64,000 bases of DNA from Bugula neritina (taxonomy: Eukaryota > Animalia > Bryozoa). A program made the position numbers and the translations under genes. The stretch covers positions 30,706,628 to 30,770,627 of the forward strand of contig OZ037767.1 in the NCBI GenBank assembly GCA_964035545.1, read 5' to 3'. The notes beneath the pieces were generated by a model. The model ran no database searches, was not told the DNA's origin, and saw only the letters and a list, made by a program, of their open reading frames with translations. Below, piece after piece: positions 22,085 through 34,753 of this stretch. Numbering within the stretch: the first letter of the stretch is position 1; the number at the start of each line of letters is the position of its first letter.

Positions 22085-24794
22085 CCCAGCTGATTGGTTC
22101 ACGGTGTGAATGCACTCCAATAGAATGTCTTTTTACAGATGTTAGTAACTGATGTGTTAATGACCAAACCTGTTAGTAAAGTCATTGAACACTATCTGCT
22201 TGGACTCATGGGTATTTTACACAGATATGTAGTAGTGTCATAGGGTTGTTGTTGCAACCATATTGTTAGTTTGTGCCATATTAATTCTGTAAAATCTTAA
22301 TTCAGGTGTTAGATTGTGTCTCAAGGAAATTTTTTTGCCATAATTCTAATATTTTTGTGATTGTACAGATTTTGAGGGGCGCTGTATCAGACTATATTTA
22401 ATGAAATTCAGGTATTTGTATTATACTCTGCACTCTACTTATATTATATGTACCTGTAGCTTCGTATTTCCTGTTCTATAAGATGAAGAGTTGTGACAGA
22501 ATAATTTGCAGTACATGATTTGGTGATTTACAGTATTGTGATAAGTGCTTTTTGTTATTCTCTAGAGTCTAGACTTTATCTTTACTTCTATCACGCTGCT
22601 TCAGTGTGATATATTTTTGGCTTGTATATGGCTTTTATAAAAACTTTTCTCCTCTGTTCTATAATCATGGCTATAATTTACAGTTTTTGCTTGACATCAA
22701 AATTTTCATTGAACTAAATGAGTGCTTTCTTGTTGAACTATTTGCGTAGTACTTACATCATATGATATATTTATGGCAATATTGTTTTTGCATATAATTT
22801 GTTAAACATCGTAGGCATCCAGGTTATTTTGATAAAATCAATTACTGTTAATTAAAAGATCATACTTTTTTAGTTGCATTCACAAAATATATACAAAAAA
22901 TCTCAACTCAATATACCAGAAAAAATGAATTAAAATATATGTGTTAATAGCACTGAGATTGACGTGACCGTGGCGCATGAAAAATCTGAAAGAAGAGTTG
23001 TCTTCTATTTTTCTATATTAATATATAGAGCTTGTCGTGAAAATGAAGATTTTTTAAAAAAAATATTGTGATCCTCTGGTAACTTCCTGAATTTAGAAAA
23101 TTAACTCATATATTTCTTTTCATGTGGACAACAGCTCACTTTTTTTTAAATTTATTTTGAAGCTCTTTTCGTAAAAAATAATCAAAAGTAAAAAATCCAA
23201 AATTTTTACAAATTGGTTCGGGGCTTGACGTGAAAGGCATTTGGACGAAGATGTCAAGGTCACCATTAATAAATTTATTTTATCACAATTCACAATACTG
23301 CACAGAAAGTTAATGAAGTGGGCTGAAAATTAGGTTGCTAGCATATTCATATTGATATGCATTATATTGATTGTTACAGTATTATTTTTTAAATGTGTTT
23401 TGTTATCAGTTATGTTTAACTTCTTTATAGAGCTGCTGTTAGACTAAGACTAAGAGTAAGACATAATATTAGCAACAATGAATGATTCAATGATAATATT
23501 AATAATTAATATCACTTTAATATTAAATTAAAATTATTATTAAATTGAAATTCACGGTGACGTATCACTATCACTATGAGTATGAGTATCGTACAAATTA
23601 ATTATGAGTATGAGTATTACTATGACATTAACTCAATCAGTGATTGACTATTAGTATTACTATGAATATGACTGTGCATAACTCAATCACAATGAGAATA
23701 TCAATATGAATATGGCTTCTAATTCTTGTAACTTTTGAGTATCACTATGATGATGCTGATAGTGATAATCACTGCCAGCCCAAGTCTCATACTCATAGTG
23801 ATACTATTACTATTGTCTATTAGTATTAATAACTAGTATTACTATTAGTACAACTACTAGTACTGTACTAGTATTACTCATAGTTCTGATAATGATGGAG
23901 ATAATAGTTTTAAAAGTTCTACTTCTACTTTTATAGTAACTGTGAGCTAGATTGTATATGTTGAACTCTACTCATTTTTTACTACTAATGCTAATACTAA
24001 TAGTAATAGTAATACTAATAATAATTATAGTTGTTATAATGATAGTAATACTAATAGTAATAATAACTATTTCAATTTGATAATTTATGTTTTACAACAG
24101 CATTATCGCTTATCAATTACATTGGTTCATAATATGATTATTTTAATTTTGCTTTGTGTGTTTTTTCATGTTGTAAATTTAAGTTCGTATGGTTATTTAA
24201 TGAACTAGAGAACTAGCCAAATGTTATGTACCGATTGCAATAATTTACTATAAACTCAGTGAAATTTAAAACCTAATTGATATTACTATGACATTGATTG
24301 TACAGAGGTAGCTAAAATATACATTAAATTACCAATAATTTTAACTCGCCAATACACTATGAGTAGAACAGTCAAATGCAATGATAGAAAATTAATTAGT
24401 CATAGCAGCCCGTTGCTTGAGGAACATTGAGCTACAGGTCTAAAATGATTTAGTTTTGTGATCCCTTATATAACAAAATAATTTTTTTTAAACTGGTTTA
24501 ATACTTTTATTATAAACACGCTTATCAAAGTAACATGTTTTTGATGTATATTCTATTAAAAAAGCAATCACATCAGGTTTTCAATTTGTATGTTGTACAA
24601 AGTTTATTATGGTGACAAGTTACTAAATTATATGGTTCAGCTTTGTAAAGTAAAGCTGATAAAATAAATACAATTATGTGATTGTTTTACTGCTATATAT
24701 TAAATTTAAATGAGTTGAATAATATCCTAGTGCATTGAATTAGATATTTTTTTTAGCTTTGGTACACCTGTTTGTTATAGGCTAACATTCCACC

Positions 24795-25380
24795 AATAGA
24801 AGAATGGTGCAAGTAGAAGAAATTTCAGGTGCAGAAAGCTAAGGAGCAGTCAGAATGCTGCCAGAGTTGTGAAGAGGCACTTGAAAAAGCTGAATTTCAA
24901 TAATGACATGAAATTCGTAACAGATCACCCTGGTGTAATTGAACTGACATGGCCAGCAGAGTTCTCGAAGTCACATACAACAGCTATTTACATCATCATG
25001 GTTAGCTTAAATGTAATTCCTATATCAGTCTCTAATATATAGTTTGATATCTGCTGTAAATTCGCTTAAGGAGCATACACATAACCAAAACTGAGTTACA
25101 CTATAGTATTTGTTCTTGAATATATTTACCAAGATAAGTAGATTTGCTAATTCATTAACAGTAAAATTATAATGATACAACAATTTTTCTTTTAGATGAT
25201 TCAATCAATAACACAAGACACTACAACATGGTTTTGCAGTTATAGAGTATTAATTTTCTGGCTCTTTCCAAATCTTCATAGAAGGCAAAGAAAACCACCG
25301 TCAGCTTGCCTTTATAACTGAGTGCACGCGTCTTCCACCTACAGATGATGGTTAACAATTTGCTGGTGTGGAACTTTCTA
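24795..25380 (+). pseudogene. Decayed P2X7 C-terminal (ballast)/KolX-like gene, probably a Kolobok-type transposon remnant
   Basis: Translation with stops and frameshifts: EEWCK*KKFQVQKAKEQSECCQS...VTDHPG...VLEVTYNSYLHHH, an intron at about 25000-25195, then WFCSYRVLIFWLFPNLHRRQRKPPSACLYN*V...FAG. This follows the WCxCxxC...ECC...TxHPG...VL...Y / AYRxxxxW...RxPxPxC...GF pattern of that domain (from recall, not a search). Confidence 0.6.
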
Positions 25381-28300
25381 ATTTTGTTTACAATGAAGAT
25401 AGATTATAGGACATTATTCTTTATGTAAAGATTGTCAAGTTTTGTTATAATTAAGAACAGTTTTAGTTTCAATAAATCAGTTCAACATTATGGACATCAT
25501 TGCACAAACATTTTAATCTTTACTATCTACAAAGGTATCTGATGGACTACTTAAAAATACAAAACTATGCTCCAGATACACAATGCACTGACCAGCAAAG
25601 TTAAAATGAGTTGGAGATGTAAAACATAATATCTTGTTCAAGGCTTTTCCCTGCTGTTGGAACCTTCTACTTCAGAACACTGAATTGAACAAACATATGT
25701 AGATATATGAAACTTTGCAAAAAATAATAATGTGAAATTAGTTGCTAAGTATCACATTGCTAATAAATACAGCATTGTGTAATGTTTTATTTAATTTTTT
25801 TTTGAGCCATTGGATCTATAGGCCCGCATAGTATTTACTATATTATAACTAATAAATTGCAGACACATTATGTCAGACCAGTTTCCATTTAAATAGAATA
25901 GTGTAGGCTATCAAATTTGTAGAAGTAAAAAACCGCATTCATATTTAGTAAAATACTTGCCTTTTTTTTCATGATGCCTCTACTGCTAAAAAGAGAAGTT
26001 TTTATCAATACAGCTCCATCAATCTGTATCCTGATGAAGCTAGTAGTTTAGGAACATTTGTGGGGGGGGGGGAGTGTAGGCTGAGCTGCAGTATAGGAAA
26101 AACCCCAACATATGTAATCTATTCAGCACATTATATGTATATTTATTCAAAAAAGGATTTAGAAAATGCTTTATGAAGAGATGAACAAAGTAAAAATTAA
26201 TGCTGGTGAAAGTAATATTATTACACCCATTAGAATTACTAGCAGCTATAGCATTAACATTATGTATTTTCATAAAAATGTGTCTAATTTATGCTACAAA
26301 GTTATTACTGCCAAAGGTTACAAAATTTACCAGTCACATTCATGCAGCTGGCGGAGAATAACTAACTTTCACTTGCAATAAATATTATATAATATATTGA
26401 TAATTATTGGAATCATAATTATATTTATTGTTATGATCATTATGATTATAATTATTTAATATTATCTTTATGTTTGTATTTAAAGTTGTTCCTTAAATTA
26501 AAAGTTGTTTAAGTTTTATAAATTTATTATAATTATATTTCTGTATAAGTATTAGTATAATTAAATTATTATAATTTATATTTTATTATTTATATTTATT
26601 TCACTTTTTATTTCAAGACCAGCAGTTCAAATTGAAATTAATACTTGTGTCGTTTGCTTTATATTATAACTTACAAGTATAACTATTAACATAATAATAT
26701 TACATTTGCTATTAGTATTACTATGAATATAAATATTTATATTAATATAGCTATCGGTATAACTTATAGTTATAGTTATACTTATAGTTATAACTAATAT
26801 AACTATAAGTATAAGTATTAGTTTCGAAACTGATCCTGCTCCGTAACATTAACATACTGATACTGTCATATGATTATCATTATGACTAATAATAGTATTA
26901 ATAAATATAACCATTGAATATTATTAATAATAGTTCACCAATAGGCGATAGTCATAGACTTAGAGTGAGAGTCAATGTCATAGAAATAGAGTTAGACTAG
27001 TGACACTCATACTGATACTGATACTCATACTGTGATTCACTTTCAGTTACAAATTTCAAAACTTGGTTTTACGTAGACAACTACTAACCTATAATTCATC
27101 ACAAAACGGTTGAAAATCATCATTTACTGCATATTTAAGAGTAATTTTCTGGTAGTGTGGTCGACATGATATTGAAATTAAAATAGGGAAAATAATTATT
27201 TTGTGATTTACAGCAAGTTACAAACTAGCGAAATGAAATAGTCCATTTGAAAACAGTTAAATTAGTTACCTTTCTTGATGTTGCGTAGCTAACGTTAGTT
27301 ATTAGTAGCCGCCCGAAGAGTAACATTCATGTGATTTGAGCTACGAATAACGAGAATCTGCGACAAACCCGCTTCTTAATAACTTTACGCGATATAAACT
27401 CACGCTACAATTGGGCTATTTTGCCATCCCCACGTCACGGAGGGCACGCTCGCGGGCAAGTCTGGGCAAGTCTAAGACACCTAATATGACCACTTTTACT
27501 TACATTTTTGTAGTGTTTTCGTATAAGAAATTGGGTAAAATGCTGATAAAACAGTTGAAAAGCATGCAAACTTTTGCTCAAATGTAATAAATAACCTGGA
27601 AGCTTACCGCCTTTAACTGCAGCATTTAATTATTATTTTTAATAAATTTGATGGACTCTGTTTTTTCAAGGCTGTTTGTTCTATAAATAAAATGTAAATA
27701 CTCATACAGTAGAAAGTCTTACTTTTATTCTCACGGAAGCAAATGTGTCACGTGTCTTTTCAATAAATTTAGATAAATCAACTGCAATTAATTTCTTTTT
27801 CAGTTCTTGACTTCTATAAATTTTTTGAAAAATTCTGAAAATATTTCATTCATTTTTTTAAACGATTGGACATATTGATCACCTCTCGTAACCATGAATA
27901 AGATAGATAGTATTGGGACATTTATCAGCCATACTGTTGCAACACAAGTGTTGGTTGCTTATTTAGAACCTATTAACATCATTCTGATACCCTCCAAGTT
28001 GCAACTTGCATGTGGTTTAGGGAGGACGGCTTTATAAAACGCTTCTGTTAGCCTTTGGAGTTATCTTCTCTCAAATGTTTTGTCTAAAAATGTCGCGAAC
28101 ACTTTGGGTGGGTCTATAAACGGTCACATGTCATCGACTATAGTATTCTTTTAGATTTTTGGCTAAGGCGCCAGTGTCACACTTTTATCCATTTTCATTC
28201 ATTTCTGGTACATGCATCAAGATAAAAATAAATCTGAATCTTATAGTTTTTAGAATTGAATTGGCTATAGATAATCGTAATGATTACAGATATATGCCTT

Positions 28301-29433
28301 AGTTTTTTTAACAAATTTAAAAAAGTACTAGAGTTTCTCTTGGGGTGAAACCTTGACTTAGACTAAACGTTGAACTAAAATTTTAATTTTACTGTGAGCA
28401 CTTATTCTTAATTAAAATAGTAATAGCCTAGTAATAGTAATACCAATAAGGCGGGCAATACTAATACTAATAGTATTAGTAATACTCATAGTCAGACTGA
28501 TATTGATAGTAATATCGTGATATAGTGACTGTGATAGTGATGCTGATAGTGATACTCATACTGATAGTGATAGACCATAGTCACTATAGTGATACTGATG
28601 TTAATGTGATTAATATTGTAATTGTGATTATTATTATAAGATAAAGATTAACTTCAAGTGTATTTTTATTTTAATTTATTGTAGTCATGGTGAAACGTCG
28701 TATTTAATAATTTATAATCATTAGTATTGTGATTATAACTATGCTTATAGTTATACTTATAGTAATTTGCTAATTATTGTTAGTGCTATTGTTATTTTAA
28801 AATTAAGAAAAACAAACTGAAATCAAAAATATATAATTAATCAATTTAAATTATATTATAATATAAAATAATAGTTATACTCATAGCTAAGCTTAATGAG
28901 TAATGACAATGTTAAGAAAACTTAACTAAAATGTACCTGAGGTCAGTTTCAATTTAAAATGGTTTTTCAGGTTAATTGCCATTGGCATATTTTATCTATG
29001 ACTAACAAATATTAGTATTACAATTTAATGAATGGAAAATTACATCTTAATAATTGCAATAGTCATCAAATTTCTTTTATTGTAAATAAGCAATAATATA
29101 AGCACTACTATTACATTATTAGTTAATTATTAAATTTCACTCACATGAATATTTAGATTTCTTAGCTTTGAAGCAGCTGCTTGAGTTCTTGCTAGAAATT
29201 CAAATTATATAAATGGGGTGGTGATTAGTTGCTAGAAAACTAATATTTTTAATACTGAGTTGGAATTTAATTTGCTTCTCATACCATCAATGTGCTAAAA
29301 TCGCTAAAATAAATCATTTTATAATCAAAGCAAAAGCTTTACAATAAGTGCTTTAAATATTGCAAATAATAGAAAATGTTTTGAAAAGTATTTAAAACTT
29401 TTATTTTAGTTTTGCCAATCGCACAAATAAAGG

Positions 29434-32400
29434 ATGTCTTCTTTCAAAAATGCCATGAAGTCTGTTCAGAAATCTCATAAAGAAAGAAGTCAGGTGAGAA
29501 ATGTTTATTGCAATATTTTTTGCTCCTAGCTGTTGTTGAATATTGAGTTGTGTTCTCCTGTCATGACCTTGAGTGACTCAGTGATCCAACTATGGAATAT
29601 CTATTTTTAGATTTTAAATTTAAAATGCTTTAACTCAAGAGTAGCTTTTGCATTTTAGTAATGTAGTGACTTGCCATGGCTTTTCTATCTTTGTAGCCTT
29701 CTTTCAGAAGTGATTTAGGGCATTTGGAGAAAAAGCGAGATTACAAAGTGCGAGCTAAGTGAGTTTTATTATTCCTTTGTTTTTGAATAAAAACTTGGTT
29801 GATGAAGCATTTATATTATATATATCTACTTGTTTTGAGTATTAACTTTTAAGTAAGTTATCAGTAAGTACATTTTTTGTTGAGCTTCTTGTTAACAAGA
29901 GGTAAGTTTCAGATGTTGAACATATCGGACTGTATATTTTTTCAGTGATCGTGCTAAAAAAGAGAAAGCTTTGAAAAAGTTGAGACTGAAAGCTGCAGAA
30001 AGAAACCCGAATGAATTTACCAGAAAGATGATCGTCACAAAGTTGAAGGTAAGTTTAGATCCGTATTTAAGATTCCACTTGCTGTTGATTCTTGAAAACT
30101 TGCATTCTAGACTCTAGTCTAGATTCTAGAATATAATTTGTAAAGAGTTAAAGTAGTTATCTGTCTAGGCTCAAGACCTTGCTGTTGGTTTTGCACAGTA
30201 ATGTTGGACTTGTGATGTGATATATTCAGATAACAAATTACATTTTGGAGTTGTAATCTCTTCAATTAAACAGCTGCTCAATTTTTGTTCCCTAAAAGTT
30301 CAATGAAACACAACACGGCCTGAATTTTTAGTAATTTATCTTTTTAAACTTTCAAGGTTAATAATATGTTAGCAATCTCCATTCTTATTTGCAAAATACT
30401 TCTGTTTAAAAAGAAGCAATATTTCCGTATTAATAGATAAAAGTCCTTTCTATTGCCAAATGCTCTTTTTTTGCTGCCTTTTGTTTATTTTTTCCTAAAC
30501 TGTTCTGTAGTGATATTAACTTGCTATTTTATACCTGGTAGTTCAATAGTATCTAATAGTTTAGTATAAATAGTATCTAATAGTTTAGTATAAATAGTAT
30601 CTAATAGTTTAGTATAACTGTTTACAACTACTATACTGTATGGTAGCACCTGCTAGCAACCTGCCCTGTCATGTCACTGTAGGATGGGGTCCACCAGTGC
30701 AGGGAGTTGAAGGGTGTCACTGACCCGGACCAGATCAAGCTGATACAGTCCCAGGATAAGCGCTATGTTGAGTACCGGCGGGTGCTGGAGGCAAAGAAAG
30801 CTCAGAGACTTAAGGACAACCTCCATCTTATACAAGACGGGCAAAGGGCCACCCACACATTCTTTGTTGATTCTAAGAAAGAGGGTTAGTTGGCTGTTGA
30901 TCATATTAGCTGTTGGCACAGGATAGTATATGCTAATGTATAGTCTGTACTTATAGGGACTTGTTGTGGTGATGGTGCAGTTGGTAGAAGACTGCTTCAC
31001 AGGTTATGGGTTCAATCCTTATAACTTTCTCACTAATTTTCTCTCATTTGTGTAGTTAAGGTTTTAAGCGTACAGAATGTTATCTTTTCACAGCGTGTTG
31101 GTGACACAACTCCCTGTGTTCAGCCTCTGATGTAAGCTCTTAAACTGAGAGTTCAATAATCAGTTGCGGCTGCATGCTACTGCCCTCACCGGAGTTTGAA
31201 ACACATGTTTGGTTTTTGTAGCCCGTGAGTTTAATTTGGCAGAAAGGCTGAATACGCACCCGGCCCTACTCGATAGAGCTTACAATAGACTTACAAATGA
31301 GCAGCTCAGCGAAATGGACTTGGCTTCTACGATGCCTGACCCAAGGCTGTTGGCGGTACGCTGTAACTTTTACCTGCTAGCATATAGTATGCTGTAACTT
31401 TTACCTGCTAGCATATAGTATGCTGTAACTTTTACCTGCTAGCATATAGTATGCTGTAACTTTTACCTGCTAGCATATAGTATGCTGTTACTTTTACCTG
31501 CTAGCATATAGTATGCTGTAACTTTTACCTGCTAGCATATAGTATGCTGTAACTTTTACCTGCTAGCATATCGTATGTTGTTACTTTTACCTGCTAGCAT
31601 GTAGTTTGTATTAGTATATACTATATAGTATGTGTTAGAATACAGTATGTATAGTACATACTATATACTCTATAGTATGTAAAGTAGCAGTAGTACTAAT
31701 AGTGGTATTGAATTGTAACAGTATTTATACTTCATCAACAATAATATTAATTATAATATATAGTGAAATTTAGTTGATAGCAACACTAGTATTATTTATA
31801 TGCAAGAATAGCATTGGTTTTGTAATAGTAGCAACAATAATTATGATATTTATGGGGGGGGGGTTCAATACAGTAGACAGAAATGAAAAGTCAGAAGCTA
31901 TAAATAGCAACAATCATTGTAGGACACAAAAGCTGGGGTATTGCTTTTAGCCTCAGTTTCTCCATGTTACCAGAGGTTAGACAATTCTGCAATTGATACT
32001 TGATCTTTTAACCTGACTCTTAGCTCCACGGTCTAGAGGTCCAGGTCAACAGAGTTTTGTTGAGTTCACCATTTTCTGATGTTTGTTTTACTATGCATAC
32101 CATTGTGTATAGTGAGTCCAGTTTTACTATGCATACCATTGTGTATAGTGAGTCCAGTTTTACTATGCATACCATTGTGTATAGTGAGTCCAGTTTTACT
32201 ATCCATACCATTGTGTATAGTGAGTCCAGTTTTACTATGCATACCATTGTGTATAGTGAGTCCAGTTTTACTATCCATACCATTGTGTATAGTGAGTGAG
32301 TTTTGTGGTTGGGAAACCTTCAAACATGTCTTTGATTGCTCCTTCACAGTCAGCTGTACTGACTTTAGAAGCTGACTTTAGACCTTTAGTTCCTTCTGGT

Positions 32401-34753
32401 TTGAGTACGTCATCTGGAGCTATAAAAAGCTCAATGCTCTATATATTAACCATGTATTCCATTTAATAAAACAAGACAGTTCATTGTTTCTACTGAATTG
32501 CTGTTCATTTTTCAATAAAAATAAGGCTGGTATAATTGTCACCTAATCGGATTTCGTTGATGAGCTGTTAATCACGGCTGCCTTTGTATTTAACTAGGAC
32601 TTCATGTGTAGTTTACAGGTACCTGACGACAATGCTCTGTAAAAACAACCCTCTGCATTCCATATTAATTCTGGCTTCCAAGATTAAATAATGATGACTT
32701 TCCAATGTAATGTAATGATCATCAAGTGATATTGTTTCCTACTTCTTCACTATATCGTCACATTGTCTCATCAACTTCAAACATTAGCTTTTACTATCAT
32801 TTGAAATCAGTTGAATCTTGGCTCTGCAGGAATCTATATTCTAGTTTAGGGTTTCAATAAGTTGCTCATATACAGAGCCTCTTGTATATCTGATGATGTT
32901 GAATTTAGTCCTCTCACAATTGCTCTCTGCTCATCCCTGGCCTGCTAGAAACTGCAGCAAATATTTGATACATAATTCCTCTCCCCCCCCCCATCCACTC
33001 CCACTATTTTAATATTAGACAATTTCACCATTCCCCTGGAGCACATATTTTTTGTGATACTAGTTTTGAAAGGGTTTTAACAATAGTTGATCTCATTTCA
33101 ACTTGTTAACTGCTTTACCTTCACCAGGCTCCACACCAAACATTTTTTGTCTGGAGATTTTGTTTTCTCTGTCAGCCATTTTGTTCTCAACCAACAAATA
33201 CCAAGTCCAAGTCAGTATATGCTGACTTGGACCTATTTTGAGATTTCTGATAATTGCTAATGGTTCCGGAAGCAGTGTAGCTCAGCAACTTATCGTGTCA
33301 CTCAGGTTAAACGAGTATTACGCACCAGTATTAGAACTGTCTGCTAGGCTAAAACTCATGAGATCCAATGGATTGCGCTGTAGGCCAATAGTTTGCTGGG
33401 AATATTTGGTATGCTATTAATTGCCTGGAATTCCTTTTACCAGACTCTTTGCAATTGTCATTTGTGTTGTTGTCAAACTGTATTAGGATGATTACGTGCT
33501 AATGTCTAACCAGTATTAGGTCTAACCAGTATTATTTCACTATGTTTGATATTTGTATTTCTAAATAAGCATAACAAAGCTAATCAGTACAATTCTACTT
33601 GTCATATTTTATATGTCAACTTTGTGAGTGCAGTTATGCAGTTTTGTGAAAAAAGCCCAATTTCTCTAAAAGGAAACTTGGCTAACAAGTGATGAATTCT
33701 ACTAAGAGAACCCGTAGGGACCTCTAGAACTGAGGCCGAGAGAGTTGACAGCATTACATCTACCAGCACAAAATTTCCAACAGCCAATGAAACATCTCTA
33801 AAGTTTACGTCATTCTAGTCTGCCAGATGTAGATGTGTTTTGTTCTGCTGGGTTTTACAGAGTTCTGTTAGGATATTCCATTAGGTTATATGGTGTTATG
33901 TTAAGTTATGCTGGTAGGGATGGAGGTTACAGAATTAATACTGTAATGCATCCTGTCTTATATCTGGTCAAAAGAGACAAGTGGAGTTGAGTATTTGGTA
34001 CAGAAGTGGTAAATGACCTTCCACTTTGCATTATACTTGTAACCATCATATCTTTATTGTTATAAATATATTTTATATTTATGTTGTGAGTACATTTTAT
34101 TATATGCTGTATCTATATTATGAGTATGTTATAAACTGTGAGAAACCCCTGATAGAAAGGGTTATTTTTGTTAAATCAGGCTAAGGATTTATTCACATGG
34201 GGCACAGGAGCGATTGTGACTGGATGCTCTTCCTAATATCACCAATGGCCTTTGTTGGGCACGAGCCCATGACTTTGTGCTTACGAAGCAAACGCTCTAA
34301 CCCCTAGACCATGGCTGCTCCCTGTTATGAGTATGTTATATTATATCTATATTATGATTACATTATATCATATTGAATATATGGTGTGCTGCAGGAGGCG
34401 ATGGTAGCTAAGGAAGAGGCTTATAAAGAGCTGGGAAGGCGGGAGAGACGGGAGAAACAACTTCAAGTTGCCCGGGAAAAGTTAGAAGTTAAAAACCACC
34501 TCATGGTAAGATATGATGTGATGTAGGACTGTCCACTTCTATATAGCTATATTATATTTAGTAACGCTGAAAGAGGCATTATGCTTCTCTGTACAACTTC
34601 TTTACCTTCTGTTCTGTCAGCCATTTGTCCACCTGCCGTGTCCTTCATGTTGATTTATTTTTTTAGGAGAAAAATGCGAAGAAAGTTTTAGTGAAAAAGG
34701 AAACCAAGAATCGTGCGGCCGTGTACAAATGGGAGTCGAGAAGGAAGAGATGA
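29434..34753 (+). CDS. UTP11: U3 snoRNA-associated protein 11, 252 aa
   Basis: Exons 29434-29493, 29697-29758, 29946-30048, 30683-30884, 31222-31355, 34395-34505, 34667-34753 (759 nt). MSSFKNAMKSVQKSHKERSQP..R..LGHLEKKRDYKVRA, LKAAERNPNEF, HTFFVD, LNTHPALLDRAYNRL, AAVYKWESRRKR*. Confidence 0.96.
30962..31022 (+). mobile_element. Truncated tRNA-like (SINE head) fragment
   Basis: A-box TGGTGCAGTTGG and B-box GGTTCAATCC at shortened spacing; no complete cloverleaf. Confidence 0.35.
31356..31602. repeat. 31-bp minisatellite x8 starting at a UTP11 donor
   Basis: Unit gtatgctgtaacttttacctgctagcatata; the first copy is the donor GTACGC at 31356. Confidence 0.93.
32086..32296. repeat. 36-bp minisatellite x6
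   Basis: Unit ttttactatgcataccattgtgtatagtgagtccag; explains four repetitive pseudo-ORFs. Confidence 0.95.
34134..34324 (-). mobile_element. tRNA-derived SINE with 16-bp target-site duplication
   Basis: The minus strand begins GGGAGCAGCCATGGTCTAGGGGTTAGAGCG (A box) ... GGGCTCGTGCCC (degenerate B box), then body GGCCATTGGTGATATTAGGAAGAGCATCC. Flanked by direct repeats TTATGAGTATGTTATA at 34118-34133 and 34325-34340. Confidence 0.8.

Noticed and set aside
32020-32375. Four repetitive ORFs and CRISPR-like regularity
   Set aside because: Head-to-tail 36-bp repeats with no unique spacers, in a eukaryotic intron; not CRISPR and not coding. The same applies to the other arrays.
32650-33850. Possible decayed LINE fragments in UTP11 intron 5 (similar hints at 41000-41700)
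   Set aside because: Only vague endonuclease-like fragments; no motif strong enough to call without a search.
34250-34324. Possible tRNA gene
   Set aside because: Degenerate B box, no proper acceptor stem, and followed by a SINE body within a TSD; treated as a SINE.
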